Shown here: piece after piece, positions 27,976 to 43,000 of the stretch
Layout of the letters: each line of letters starts with the position of its first letter
Position numbering within the stretch: position 1 is the stretch's first letter
Assembly: GCA_951406725.2 (NCBI GenBank)
Contig: OX597833.1
Span: 73,098,001-73,162,000 of the forward strand
Length of the DNA: 64,000 bases
DNA from: Octopus vulgaris
Lineage: Eukaryota
Reading direction: 5' to 3'
Made by a program: the position numbers and the translations under genes
Notes under the pieces: model-generated
The model's database searches: none
What the model was told of the DNA's origin: nothing
Seen by the model: the letters and a program-made list of their open reading frames with translations, nothing else

Positions 27976-30219
27976 CTTATGTAAGGCTTTAGAATTGAGT
28001 TTTGTTGAAATATTGACATGAAAGTAACTTGTATGGAGTAGTGTGTTTGGGGGGGGGGGGGCTTGTTTATGTTTTTTCTCCTCCAAAAGGAATACATGAT
28101 TTGTTTGTTTATAGATTTTCTTGAATAGCGCCAGGTTGGCAATTTTTTTTTTTGAGGTCCCAGGTGAGAAAGAAATATAGAGGACAAGATATGTGTGTGT
28201 GAGAGAGAGAGAAAGAGCAAGCAAGGTGTAACTTGTAATGTAGGTTACTCTCGTTAAATGACAGTAATTATTTCAGATAATTATAGACATTTCTCATCTC
28301 TGTTTAATTGCTATAGCAGACATCCAGGTTGGGCTGGTGTCCTGTCCTCACACATGGATTTCATCTCTTGTTGTTGTTGTTGCTGCTGCAGCAAAATCTC
28401 AGTGGTTGAGACATAATAAACCTGTTTAATAAATGTTCAATTTATTAGAATCTCCAACTCCCTTTTTCAACATTTAACAATTCTCTTTCTACAGATATCA
28501 AGGATGGGTTTCTGTACATTTAATCAGCAGAACTCCTTATTTGTTTTCTCATTGTGCAAGTGACTGAGTATTCTACTGACTGATGTATCCATCATGTAAT
28601 CCTTAGGGACACTCTATGATACTATGGCTGCTCTATATCTTCATCTTAATATCCACCTAGGCTGAAATTTGATGTAGATTTTCACCCTTCCTGTTGCCAA
28701 CTCTCACCTCTTTACAAGCAGTATACGCATACATATATCTTCTTTATACACACACACACACACACTCACACACACACATATATATTGGGTCATCTCACAA
28801 ATAATGCGATATTTTCAATTGCATGAACTAAAAGTCAGAGGGGGATGGAATAAACAACCTGCATCAACTTGCTATCAAAGCAGGTAGTAATTCTACCTTA
28901 TCCTTATTCATAGTGCAAGTTCTGAAGAGTGCAGTTCGATTTTAACACTCAGGTTTTCAAAACTGTAATGGAAGTGACAAAGGAGCATATTCAGCATATT
29001 TTGCTTTATGAATTCAATAAAGGCAACAATGCAACAGAAAGTGCAAGGAATATTATTGCAGTCTTTGGGGGTTGGATAATAAACGTAAGCCAGTGTCAAC
29101 AGTGGTTCTAGAACTTCCAAGCCAGGAACTACAGCCTAGAAGACGGGCCTCATCCTGAAAGATCTGTAGAGCTTGATGAGGACGTCCTGCAAACCATGGT
29201 GGAACAAAATCCCATCGTAACAGTTGAGGAACTAGCAGAGAAGCTTGCATTTGGTCATTCAACCATTCATTGGCACCTGTGTGCCATTGGAAAAATCAGA
29301 AAATTGGGTCAACGGGTTCCTCACAAACTTTCCAAGTTCAGTCGTGCGCAGAGAGTGAATATGTGCTCTTCTTTGCTATCATGTCTCACCAATGAACCGT
29401 TTTTTTGGACTGAATAATGACTGTTGATGGGAAATGGGTTCTCCACAAAAATGTCAAGCGCCGAAGACAGTGGGGTAGGGGAAGGAGAAACACTGGCACC
29501 CCAGGCTAAAGAAAGTCTACACCCACATAAGATGTTGTTATCTGTTTGGTGGGATATGAAAGGTTTAATCCACTTTGATCTTTTAAACCCAGACTTAACA
29601 ATAACAAAGGAGATCTACTGCGAGCAGCTTGAGCGGCTCAAGTCAGCGCTAGAAGAAAAATGACCATCTTTGGTTTCAAGACAAAAGGTATTCTTCCATC
29701 AGGATAATGCTTGGCCACATACAGCGAGGACAACATTCCAAAGGCTGGAGCAGTTTGAATGGGAAATGATACCCCAGCCACCATATTTGCCAGACATTGC
29801 CCCATCTGATTATCATTTATTCCATAGTCTTCAAAATCATTTGGACAGAAAAAATATGAATTCTGTAGAGGAGGTCAGAACAGTACTGGAGGAGTATTTT
29901 CAGCACTGACAAGTGAATTTTGGAAGAGAGGCCTTGCAAGTCTACCAGATAGATGGAAGAGTATTGTAGAAAATGAAAGAGAGTATATTTTAGATTAAAA
30001 AAGAACTTTGTTTCTGTTGTGTCTGAGGAGAGTCATTCTCTTTTTGGTGCCTTATAATTTAACACACTCACCCGTAACATTTCCATTCATTTCCTTCTTT
30101 ATTTTTCTAAAATTTTCATTACATCTTGCAACTTTTTCAATAGTTTTGACTCTCTTAATGTTTATCTTAATTTTGAAAAATAAAAGAAGTATAAAAACTG
30201 CATTATTTATGGGATGATT

Positions 30220-30266
<47 letters not shown>

Positions 30267-30327
30267 TTTAAATATTTGTTGTGCAAGATTTATTGGCTAA
30301 ACTGGCAATATGACCATTCCGAAATAT

Positions 30328-30362
<35 letters not shown>

Positions 30363-30668
30363 ACCCTCTCTTTATAAATGTTCTGAAATGTTTCACAGCC
30401 TTGGATTTTTATCTCATTCTGTTAAATTTTTTTAATTATACGTTTGCCAGATAAGACTGGAGCCTGGTGCAGCCTCCTGGCTTCCCAGATCCCCGGTCGA
30501 ACCGTCCAACCCATGGTAGCATGGAGAACGGACGTTAAACGATGATGATGATGATATATATCATTTGCATAATCATCGAACCTGGAGCTTAACTCTGGTC
30601 TGTCCATAGCACTTACTCAGCATTACCTGACACCTTTGGGTCTCAATGACACCATTACCTCTCATAAG

Positions 30669-30723
<55 letters not shown>

Positions 30724-33700
30724 ATCCAAACATGAACAAAGAGAAAACACAACAATTCGAGGACATGGAACAAGTATAGTGTTATTGGACACTCAGGAAA
30801 GGAAAGAAAGAAGGAGGATTTAACGGTTCGAGCAGAGCTCTTTGTCAGAAACATAGAAAAAGGAAAGGTCCAAGGAAGGGAAGATGGAGAAAGAAAATTG
30901 CCAATGATACACACACGGTCATATATATATATATATATACACGCACTTACACACACATACGTATGTGCATAAACACACATATGCCCCAGCAGTGTGGGTG
31001 AAAGCTGGTTCTTTTGATTTTTGGTGTAATGGTGGGGAATGCTGAGAGGGTGGCGGGGTTGATTTTTGTGCTCATGTTAGTGTTGAAAGGAGGGGTGGTG
31101 TTGGTAATAGTAATGATGGTGTGATGATGATTATGATGGCAACACATGGTAAAAATGGTGAAGCTAAAGATGACAAGTAAAATGCTGCTGCATTTATGGT
31201 GGTGGTGGTGGTGGGTAGCAGGGCTTCAGTTCCTCCTCCCCTCACACACACACACCACACCACATCCTAAAACCCACCTAAACAGTTCCAACAATAAATA
31301 CATCTTTGATCCCAAAATTGTTTGGTCATTAAGTTATAACGAGAGAATGATTTCTCCAGAAAAACCACCGACATGTTCTTCATATAAACAGGCTTTGGCA
31401 GTGGTTTTGATCTGCGGTTTTTATGGCAGCAATCAAAGACGGACGACACACTCTGCTCAGCAAGAAGGCATCAGGACCCAGCAGAAAATCAAAACTCTTT
31501 CATCATTTTCTTTGTTGTTGATGCTTTTTTGCCAAGATCATTTATTCATTCACTGATTTCAGTCAATGGATTCTGACCATGCTGGAGCACTGCTTTTGCC
31601 TGAAATGCAGAAACTAATTAAAAGATTGGAAAATGCATGTACACACACACACACACACACGCAGTTTTTGTCATTGGGTTGCAGCTGTGATAGACAATTA
31701 CTTTCACTGAAATTGCAGAAGAAAAGATTGCATTGACTTTTTATTTATTCTCTGCGCTTCATATATGTGTCTGTGTCTCTCTACATGTGTGCATTTATAT
31801 ATATATATATATATTCTTTTACTTGTTTCAGTCATTTGACTGTGGCCATGCTGGAGCACCGCCTCTAGTCGAATCAAATCGACCCCAGAACTTATTCTTT
31901 GTAAGCCTAGTACTTATTCTATCGGTCTCTTTTGTTGAACCACTAAGTTACAGGGACCTAAACATACCAGCCTCAGTTGTCAGGCAATGTTGGGGGGACA
32001 AATACAGATATACAACGCATGCACACACACACACATATACATATATACGATGGGCTTCTTTCAGTTTCCGTCTACCAAATCCACTTACAAGGCTTTGGTC
32101 AGCCCGAGGCTATAGTAGAAGACACTTGCCCAAGGTGCCACACAGTGGGACTGAACCTGGAACCATGTAGTCGGTAAGCAAGCTACTTACCACACAGCCA
32201 CTCCTGTGCCTATATATATGTATATATACACCAACATCATCATCATCATCATTCAACATCCGTTTTCCTTGCTGGCATGGGTTGGACAGTTTGACAGGAG
32301 TTGCCCAGCTGAAGGGCTGCCCAGGCTCCATGTCTGTTTTGGCATGCTTTCTACAGCTGGATGCCCTTCTTAACATGCCAATCACCGTACAGAGTGTACT
32401 TGATATTTTTACGTGGCACTGGTATGAGTCCTTTTCCCATAGCACTAGCACCCTCAGCAGCAGTGTTAAGCTCCCCCCCCCTTAAGTGGGTGAAGCGGAT
32501 TGGCCTGCAAGAGTCCTGTGCCACTCCTACACAAAAAGCACTCGGGTTTGGTGACGACCACAATTTCACTCAGTTCAATGTGTCTTCTCAAGCCCAGCAA
32601 CTTAGCAGAAATCTCAGTCACTTGTCGTTGCCTTTGTGAAACTCTCCATCTGAAGATTGCATTTCATCCCATCATCCTACATTTTCTTGGGTCTACCTCT
32701 TCTAAATGTTCCTTCCCCAATTTGTGATTGGCACTTCTTTGCGCCTCTGTCCTCATCCATGCGTATCACTACCCAAACGCTGTTTTACGTGCATACTGAC
32801 AGTGCTGCACATCCAGTGGAACATTCTGGTTTCATTAATTTCAAGCGTTTGCATGCCCTCAACAGTAACAGTCCATGAGTCACTGCCATGTAGCATGGCT
32901 GTTCACGCACAGGCATCACACAATCTGCTTTTCACTCTGAAGGAGAGGCCCCTAGTTACCAACAAAGGTACAAGTTCTATGCACCTTACCCAGCCCGTTC
33001 TTATTCTAGCAGCTGCTCTCTCAAATATCTGCCTCCATTGCTGACTTGGTCATCTACGTAATGGAGACCATCCACCACTAAGGGTCACTCCAGGCATCGG
33101 ATGAAGACTATTTTCTGTTCATTCCCAGTGTTATTTACCTGCACATCTCCCCCCCCCAGGCTACTTTCTCTGTTAATCTTCCTCTGATTCTGCTGCACCC
33201 CTTATGTAGCCATAACTTGCCCTGGGTTCACCTTATGGACTACATCCAGCACCAGGTATTGGAAGTCCCAGAATCCAGACAGTCAGGCTGCCCCTGCTGT
33301 GTGACCTGACCTGTGATCAGTATGGAGTGATGTGTAAGTTCTTTGCAGGCCTTGGCAACCAAACACGAGATGTAACTTTGAGTAAAATGGCTTTAGGAAG
33401 TAATCTTATTCTTTCACAATTAAATTCCATTATATATATGTGTGTGTGTGTATAATTGCAAACTGTTGTTTATATAAATTTTATACACACACACACACAT
33501 GTATATATTGCTACTGATCGTTACCCTGTTGCATTTCTGATGACCTCTCATCAAAGATACATAATCAGTTATTTTGAACCCCTGTTAGTTATTCTATCGA
33601 CCTCCAAGGGAAGAAATGTCAAATGATCATGGACAGGATTTGAACTCATGATGGAATGGCATACAACAAACTACCACAAATAATTTTGTTCAATGCTCTA

Positions 33701-34012
33701 CCAATTCTGTCCTTCACTTACCATATGGATGGCTGCTTCCCAAACTCTCCCTTCTACATCTGCAGACATATTCTCTGCTCAAAACTGTTATTTAATTGCA
33801 GTTTCTGTTTCAAAAGATTTTCACCACAACCTCTTTCTCTCCCCCTACTCCCTCCATCTCTCTCTCTCTCCCTCTCTTCCCCTTCTCCCTCCATCTCTCT
33901 CTCCCCCTTCTCCCTCCATCTCTCTCTCCCTCTCTCCCCTACCCCAACTTTGGTTCTCACTCTTTCATTCACTCAATTTCTGTCTTTTAATCTCTCTCTT
34001 TCTTTTACCTAT

Positions 34013-34064
<52 letters not shown>

Positions 34065-37000
34065 ATAATTATTTACCAACTTCTTTCCACTTTGGAGCAG
34101 CTTCAGGATATTTCAGATATTTCTGTCCACCAGTTTCCTGCTGACACCCCCCACCCCGTTGCTATCCTCGACAGCCAACACTGACCAACACTGCCTGCTT
34201 CACTGCATCTGCTGCTCTTCATTCACTGCACCAGGCGCAGTTGCTGCGCTTGCAATATAACGACACTCAAATTAGGTGTCCATTGTGTGAGTCTGTTGTT
34301 ATTAATGGCGGCGGCGGCTGATGTATGGGTGGGCATGGCTGGAGGAGGAGGAGGAGGCATTTGGGAAGGGGGGGAGGGCGACAACAGCCTCATTATTTCA
34401 TCCATGCTATTGAAAATAACTTTGATATCTCTTTCTCTGTCCTCTCTCTCTCTCTTTCTCCATGTATATATATATATATATATATATATATTCATGCTAT
34501 AAACTAAATTATATGAGCATGAAAGTAGAGTGCTCAATACAGTTGTAGAGTAAGAAGTCAGTGCATGAACTAAGCACATTGTTACTAGTAGTTTCATGTT
34601 TGTTAAAAATCCAATCAACCATCCGACGACCATCTCAGCTGGTTTCTCTTGAAGGTCATGTCTGTGTGTGTCTACACACAAAGCATTTCCAGTGTTTATT
34701 TTCTTCAAGAAGAGTGTTTGTGTGCAACAAGATCTTGAAACACATTTAGAATTCAGTGACCTGAAGTGATGCATCAGGAAGAAAAACGTTGGGGGCGTGT
34801 GTGTGTGTGTGTGTTTTCCTTGTTTCAGTCATGTGTGGCCATGCTAGGGCACTGCCTTAAATTTATTTTTTCTATGAACCAATCCTAGTACTTTTTTTTA
34901 GAGCCTGGGGGACATAAACACATCAACACTGGTTGTCAATCAGTGGACAGACATAGAAATACACATGAAGATATACGATGGGCTTCTTTCAGTTTCTGTC
35001 TTCCAAAAACACTCACAAGGCTTTGGTCAGCCTGAAGCTATGATAGACATTCACTCAAAGCACCGTCCAGTCAGACTGGCCTTGGAGCCATGTGGCCGAG
35101 AAGCAAGCTTCTTACCATTCTCTACCAAGAAGTAAAATCCTTTTTTTTATTTATCAGGTTGTCGTAAAAGTTCTTGTGGAATTTTTAATTTTGTCTTTAA
35201 ATGATGTTTTTTCAAATTAATTTTCATTAAATTACTTTGACTTTATGTATCATTTTAAAGCCCTTTTTTCGGTCAATTACATCAACTCCAGTGTTCAACT
35301 GGTACTTATTTTATTGACCCCAAAAGGATGAAAGGCAAAGTCAACCCTAGCAGAATTGGAACTCAGAATGGGAAGATGGACAAAATGCCACCAAACATTT
35401 TGTCCAGCATACCAAGGAGTCTGCCAGTTTGTTGCCTTTTTATTATAATAATAATAATAATAATAATAGTGGCGGCGGAGATTGCTTCTTTCTAATTTTG
35501 ACACAAGGTTAATTTTTAGGGGAGTGGGTAGTTGATTACATTGACCCCCAATATTCAACTGCTACTTATTTTATCAACCACGAAAGGAGGAAAAGTAAAA
35601 ATGGCAGGTCAGCATTTAAACCCAGAAGAACTACTGCTACGCATTCTCTCCAGTTTGCTATCAAATCTACCAGCTTGATGCCTTAGGAATAATAATAATA
35701 AGGATTTCCAATTTTGGCACAAGGCCAGCATTTTGAGGGGGGAGAGCTAGTTGCATACATTGATCCCAGTACACAACTGGTACTTATTTCATCGACCCCG
35801 GAAGGTTGAAAAGCAATGTCAACCTCAGCAGGATTTGAACTAATTTCTTTGTTTTTAATGTTTGTTGCAGGTTTGAGTGCTGGCATCATTGATATTGGGA
35901 CAACGTGGATGTCAGATTTGAAAGAAGGTATTTGTTTAGACGCTTTCTGGTTGAACAGAGAACAGTGTTGCTGGTCAGTGGTCAACACCACATTTGATGA
36001 AGCTGCAAACTGTTCACAGGTCAGTTGGTCATTTTCATCTTGCTGTTGTTGTTGTTCTTCTTGTTATTTATTCTTCTTACTCAACTTTTCTTGTGTCTTT
36101 TGTGGGTGAAAAGATCAGGTTACTTCCAATGCCGAAAAGCAAGCAACTGTGAAGCTTGTAAAAGCAATCTCCTGTAGTATTGTGGCTGAGGGAAGAGAAG
36201 ACCTGCTGTGTTTACATTTGCAGCCTGCTGTGCATAAAACAGTCTGCTTCCAAAGCACATGATTTCTGGTTTGCGACATCTGAGGCTAGTATCTTCTACT
36301 AGGACCCTGGTCCAATCAATGCCTTGTGAGCGATTTGAGAGATGGAAAGTGAAAGAAACCTCTCACAATATATGTTTATATACATGTGTGTGGGTGTCGT
36401 CTATGCCAGTGCATGTGGCTGTCCTATTTACTCTCGTCTTTCCATGTGTTGCTGGTTGTAAACAATGGCTTTGCTAACAGTGTTGTTGTTGTTGTTTGCT
36501 TGAAGCCCACTCGGAAAACAGACTTAGGCTTCGTGGTTAATTGATGTGTGTGTGTATATATACACACACACATACACTTTTATGTTTGTAAGTGTATGTG
36601 TATATGTCTGTATATATAAAATCTTCCTTTGTATCCTTCTAGTGGTACACCTACGCCAAATTATTCGGGATAACCAACAGCCAGGGAGCTGGTTCCTACA
36701 TTGTTGAATACATGTTATATGTTGTTGTGGCATTAACACTTGCTGCCCTTGCTGCAATGTTGGTGCGTGTGTTTGCTCCATATGCCTGCGGTTCAGGTAT
36801 TCCTGAGGTAAGTCAAAGTTGCTCCTTTATCATTGATTCTTGGCTCAATACAAAGATCTTTGTTGCTTTTTGCAACACAGAATTGATCTCATTTAAAAAT
36901 CACTGAACCCCTTCGCTATCTTCCTCTGCTCAACTTCATTGCCTGACAACAGATGTTATTGTAGGAAGGATTGTCTTCCATTGCACCCTTTCCACAATGT

Positions 37001-40000
37001 TTTTAATGCAATTATCTGCACTGCAGCTTTGCATGGTGCAACATTTTATCTTTTAGTATTTTTTAAAAGTCTTCTATTTGCTAAAAATTATGATTTTGAA
37101 AATTTAATTGTTGAGATGATTAACTTCATCTTTAGAAATAATGTTCCAACTTACACACCATCAATACTTGGGAGCTGTCCCACAACTTTATTTAGACAGC
37201 TATTTTCAAACCTTTTGTCACTTCTGATGAAGGTTTTCAGCTCTATTAACCAAACCGTTTCACATTTTCCCAACCAAGGCCTTCTCTTGCTATTGTCACT
37301 ATTACACAAGTGTTGTGGTACCGTTATCAAGTCCATTGTCACCGTTATCAAGTCTTCTACCAATTTTAACCAAGTCATCTTCCATTGTTAACATTTATCT
37401 TTAGAGCTGATAGATGTGTAGATGTAAAAGCAAAACATCTTTCCTCTTCAAAGATAGTCTGAAAAATGATGTGATTAACTCAGACATTTAGACATGTAAT
37501 AACCATTTTTGTACAAGTAGAAAGATATATTTTTTCAACGTGTAAGTACTGATATAGAATAAAATCCTTACAGAGCAGAAAAATCTGTCAGCAACCAACC
37601 ATGAGACTTGAACTCACATCCCTTCTTGTACTACATTTCAGTGCTTCAAAAACAAACCGATGTTTGTTTACATATGACATAACTGTTTTTTTTTTTTTTT
37701 TTTTCAATTCTTTCTTTTGCAGATAAAAACTATTTTGAGTGGCTTCATTATCCGAGGCTACTTAGGGAAATGGACATTAATGATCAAATCAGTTGGGATG
37801 ATGTTAGCTGTATCTGCAGGCCTTAGTCTTGGTAAAGAAGGCCCCTTTGTTCATGTAGCATGTTGTTGTGGGAACATTTTTTCCTACTTGTTTCCGAAAT
37901 ATGGGAAGAATGAAGCCAAAAAGAGAGAGGTAAGGATAGCATTTTTCCTTCCACTTTTATATTTTTATTGCCTGCCATTATTTGGCTGTGCCAATTCATG
38001 GGTGCTGATTTCAAGAGTTTTATGCGAGGAAAATGACCCCGTCTTTCTCTGTAAGGTAGAATTGTGAAGGGAGTAACCAGAACATAGCCAAATATCACAA
38101 AGTATTCTTGTTCACTGCACCAGTTCTGCTATGGCACAACACTTATTACATAAAAACATACAACACACAGCTTGGTCTGTACGTCACATCCATAGTTGGG
38201 GTTTTAAGCACCTAGATCTGGTATAGACCCCATGATAACCTCTATAATTTTATTTATTTATTACTTGGACTTTATATTACATTTATTTTAGAATGACTAA
38301 GGGAGCACCTGTGAAACACTGGCAGAACAAACAATACAAGCTTATTTTGTTTGGAAGTCCTGGTTTATCTCTTTCTTGCCACGTCTTATCATCATCCTTC
38401 AATCGACCATGGTTGGTCAGAACACCATTGATAATCCCTTTCCACATTTCATGGTCCTGCATTGCTGGGTTCAGATCTCTAATCTCCAACCCTGAGTTCC
38501 AAGATTTAGTGCCTGGAAATGTCAGTTTCCTGGAGAAAACACTTCCAGAGGGATGGTCATGGCCAGAAAATTGTAGCCGTTTCTGCTTTGGCTTGAAGGA
38601 TATTTGTATTAGATTTCTGTAGATGTTACTAAGTGTTGGGTGTCATCTCTAATTGGTGTTTTGCATCTTTCTGAGCAAGTTGGTATACGTTCCATCTTCT
38701 TTTTCTAAGACAGCCGATAAGGTCCAGGTTTCTGATCTATTGAGAAGGACCGGCTCAATCAGTGTTTCTAAATATTTTAACTTTTAACATGGGTGGAAGG
38801 CTTGAGTGCCAGATCTTATCAAGTCTATTACATGCACCCCAAGCAAGAGCTTTGCAGATGCGAAAGTCCTTTTGGGAGTCTACTGTGATCCAAGATATTT
38901 GAAGTTAACGTTTTTGATTGGTATATTATTGAGTGATTTAATACAGTTCTATATTTAAGAGATGAGGAATTATGTACATTATTTTTGGTTAAGTACTTTT
39001 CCCGCAGTTGCCTCACTAGGAAGACAGCCTCAGCAGTGCTTCATCTCATCTAGGCTAACTCTAGAAGACACTTACTCAGTGACACCCTCTGCATCGTTGT
39101 GAAGCAAATTTCTTAACAAGCTGACCCTGTTTTCCTTCTTTTCCCTAGCAACAGTCTCAGGGACCTGATTCAACAGACCTATAATCAAAGCACATTCCAC
39201 TCTGTGACCATGCATTTAGTTACTTGTATTGTTGTTTTGCCCCTGGTCAGTCCTGATTCAACAGACCTATAATCAAAGACATTTCACTCTGTGACCATCC
39301 TGTCTATCATTGTCTTTGTTTTGTAAGATGACCGGGTGCAGTTTGAGGAAATTTGCCTGAATCTGTAGCATGATGTTTGAGGGCAGAGGTTTCTTTGGTG
39401 CCTGCTGTACTTCTGTGGCAGTGTACTCTCTCGACTTCTGTACTTTTTGGAATGCCAGCTCTTGCATCATCATCATCATCATGTTCTTTACCATTGTCAA
39501 TATTATCATACAACCATTGTGACATCTTGTTACATCTGGCTTTCTTTTTTCCTATGAAGGTCCTATCAGCTGCTGCTGCTGCTGGGGTCAGTGTAGCGTT
39601 TGGTGCCCCAATTGGTGGGGTGTTGTTCAGTCTAGAAGAGGTAAGGAAATTGTTTATTTTAACTCTTACTACAACTTCATATTATATTTAACTCTAAAAA
39701 CTTCTTTGTTTCAGATGTGTGTGTATATATATATATATATATTTATATGGCTGTGTGTGCATACATATATGTGCACATAATGCAATGTGTATGAAACTCT
39801 TGGCCATTGGGCCACTTATGTACCTTTTGCAGCCAAATAAAATGTGTGTGTGCCATTTACCCCTCCTGCAGACATCCTCTCTTCCCCTTTCTTCTCTCTC
39901 CTTTCTCTTTCTTTTTCTCCTCTCACTCTCTCTCTCTCTCTGCTGTTTATCATTACACGAAAAAAATTATTAGGAAATATAGGCTTGTGTACAAAGACAG

Positions 40001-43000
40001 TGTACACAATCCTTATATTAAGATGTGTGAAACATTTGGCACATCACATACACACACACACACTGCTTTCATATTCCATCATCTCAAAAGAAATGCTTTC
40101 CATCCTACAAAACTTACGCTTGTATTCAGTTCTGGAAGTTATTAGCTGGAATTTGGTACAAAAGAATCCAAATACAATGGAACTTTGGCTTACAAATCCT
40201 TTTCATCATAAATGAATCAGTTTATGAACAATTTTACAAACCTAAATATACATTTCAAGTAATGAATATATGCAAGATGACAACAAGCTGGGGGTGTCAG
40301 TCGCTTTCATTCAGGGCATAGCCCTGCTCAAATTCACCATGCTTTCTCTTGAATTTCCTTTGGGTAAAATAATTTCAGCTTATGAACATTTGGGTGGAAA
40401 ACAGCCTTCAGGAAAGAATCAAATTCATAAACCAAGGTTCCACTTTACCTGGTCTTCACTTTCACAACAGTTTGCCAGTTATTAGTAATTTCCAACATTT
40501 CCTAACAATGTGCTAGGAATTGTGAGAAAGGTTTGTGCTGAATTTAATTGGCGATGGTATGTGATGGTATTTATTTAAACGATCTTGGTTGGAATTGAAT
40601 GTGAAGGGACATAACTGAGTATTGTAAAATATTTTATCCCAAATTATTCTGGTTGTCACTGACCGTCCTGAATGGAATGCACCATCATCATAAGGTCTCC
40701 ATGCTGGTGGCATGCTTGAGATGATTTGATAGGAGATGACCAGGTTTCATTTCGTCCGTTTGAACATAATCTCTACAGCCGGATGCCCTTCCTAACGCCA
40801 GCCACGTTACCTGTGTGCTGGGTGCCTTTAACATGGCACCTGCTTGGGTGCTTTTACACAGGTCTGGCACAGGCACTTTTACCTGGCGCTAGCAAAGGTG
40901 CTTTTATGTTCACCAGCCCCCATATGCCCACAAGACAAGAACACACAGAGGACATGCCTGTATATATGGTGGACGGCCATAATTTTACTTGGTTGGACAT
41001 ATATTCTCAAGCACAGCAAACCACCAGAAGACTTAGTCCCTTGTCATCCTCTCTCTATATCTGAAGCACCTTTCTCACCATTTTGTCCCATTCTTCTTGG
41101 ATCTACCCTTTCCACACATTCCTCGTACAATCAGAAATCAGCACTTCTTGGTGCAAATGTACTCATCCATAAGCATCTCATGACCATTCCAGTGCAGTCT
41201 CCTTTCTGGCACACAACATCTGATGCCTCTTATACTTCACGGTTCTCTCAGCTCATTTACAATCTGTTGTACGTGTACACTGACATTACCCATCCAGTGG
41301 AGCATGCTGGCTTCATTCTTTTAGGCCTTCCCATGTTTTACTGCCATGTAGCATAGCTAGTCACACACTGGCTTCATACAATCTGGAGGAGGGGAGATAA
41401 GTGAAGAAGAGATGGGGGTGTATGAAATGTGTAATTTTCTTTTGAGAAATGTTTTCTTTTCTCCTTTACTTCGACCATCCGTAATGCTTTTGCATGATTA
41501 CTTGAAAAGAAAGGCAAAGTGTTGAAGATGTGAGAAACAGTTGGTAATGCAAAGAGGGAGTGTCGTGTATGAAGTCTGCAAAATTGTGCATAAAGTGCAT
41601 TTATAAAGTGCATTAAGTAATCATCTGATTCCAGTTTGCTTCCATTTTCAATGATTAGCGGATGAGTGACTCTCTTCTTTCATACAGACACTACACAGGT
41701 TACGCTTTCAGGGTTTTGGGATAAAGTTTTCAGAAATAACCCAATAAGTTTACCATTAATTCTGTATAATATCCACGGGTCCCACTAGTCTTATAATAAT
41801 TCTTTCTAATTTTGGCAGAAACTCAGCAGTTTTAGGGGTGGGTATAAGTCAGTTGAATCGACCCCGAAAAGAATGAAAGACAAAGTCTAGCTTTGCAGAA
41901 TTTGAACTTAAACCATAATGAATTGGAGGAAATGCCGCTGGGCGTTTGGTCCAACATGCTAACAATTCTGCCCAATATAAAGATTTGGAAATAGGGGTCC
42001 CCAGACAACAAACATGTGATGTCAAGACAGGGAAATATGAGCAGGCACAAGTCTTCTTTCAGTTTCTGTCTACCAAATCTACTCACAAGGCTATGGTCTG
42101 TCTGGGGCTATAGTAGAGGACCCTTGCTTATGGTGTCATGCAGTGGGACTGAGCCCTTAACCAAATGATTAGGAAGCAAGCTTCTTGCCGCATGGCCACA
42201 CTTGCACCCATCATTATTCTTTATTCTTATATTGCTGCTGCTGCTCTGTCTCTTGAAATCTCTCTCTTCTTTCACTGACTCCAGAATTATTTTCTCTCCT
42301 TTCCATCTTCAGGTCAGCTACTATTTCCCATTGAAGACCCTATGGCGTTCCTTTTTCTGCGCCTTGGCTGCCGCCTTTGTCCTTCGTTCGCTGAATCCAT
42401 TTGGCAATGACCATCTTGTCATGTTCTACATAGACTACAATGAACCATGGTACCTTCAGGAGCTCATACCATTTATACTTCTTGGAGCATTTGGTGTGAG
42501 TTGATTTCTCTTTTTCCCTCTGTGAAATTTCTTCAGTTTTCTTCCTCCCCCTCCTATCACCTGTATTCCCCCTTCCTTCTCTATTCTATCTCCTCTTCCT
42601 CCTCCCTTCTTTCTCTCTTATCTTCTCTATTCTCTGCCTCTGTCTTCCCCTCTCAGACCCTCCTCCTACACTCATCTCTCGCTTCTATTTCCAGGGATTG
42701 TATGGCAGCTTCTTTATAAAGTTCAATATTATGTGGTGCAGATATCGCAAAACTTCCAACCTGGGCAAATATCCAATTGTTGAGGTAAGTCGTAACTTGA
42801 CCAATCCAAATCCCTACCTGATCACTCGATCTGCTTTAAAATAAGGACACATTGGACAGTGTAATCCTTGATAAACATAGATATAGGTTGAGCGTGATTG
42901 GAGTGCCTTTTATGCCATATTTCTGCTCCATCAGGAATGTCCTGGGGTTCAGCATCAAAGCCAAATGAGGAAACTCTATTTGAGGATTCAGCTTGCTAGA

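Noticed and set aside
33656-34774. Long ORFs of 160-180 aa in the ORF track
   Set aside because: They are translations of CT, TA and GGA microsatellites with no domain-like content; the same applies to most short ORFs listed.
36631-36642. GTATCCTT (U12 donor-like) immediately before the exon 4 acceptor
   Set aside because: It sits in the pyrimidine tract of a U2 intron, with no upstream exon and no matching U12 branch site nearby; likely chance.
39164-39300. Short local duplications (also 43787-43876)
   Set aside because: Ordinary slippage-type duplications with no functional signal.
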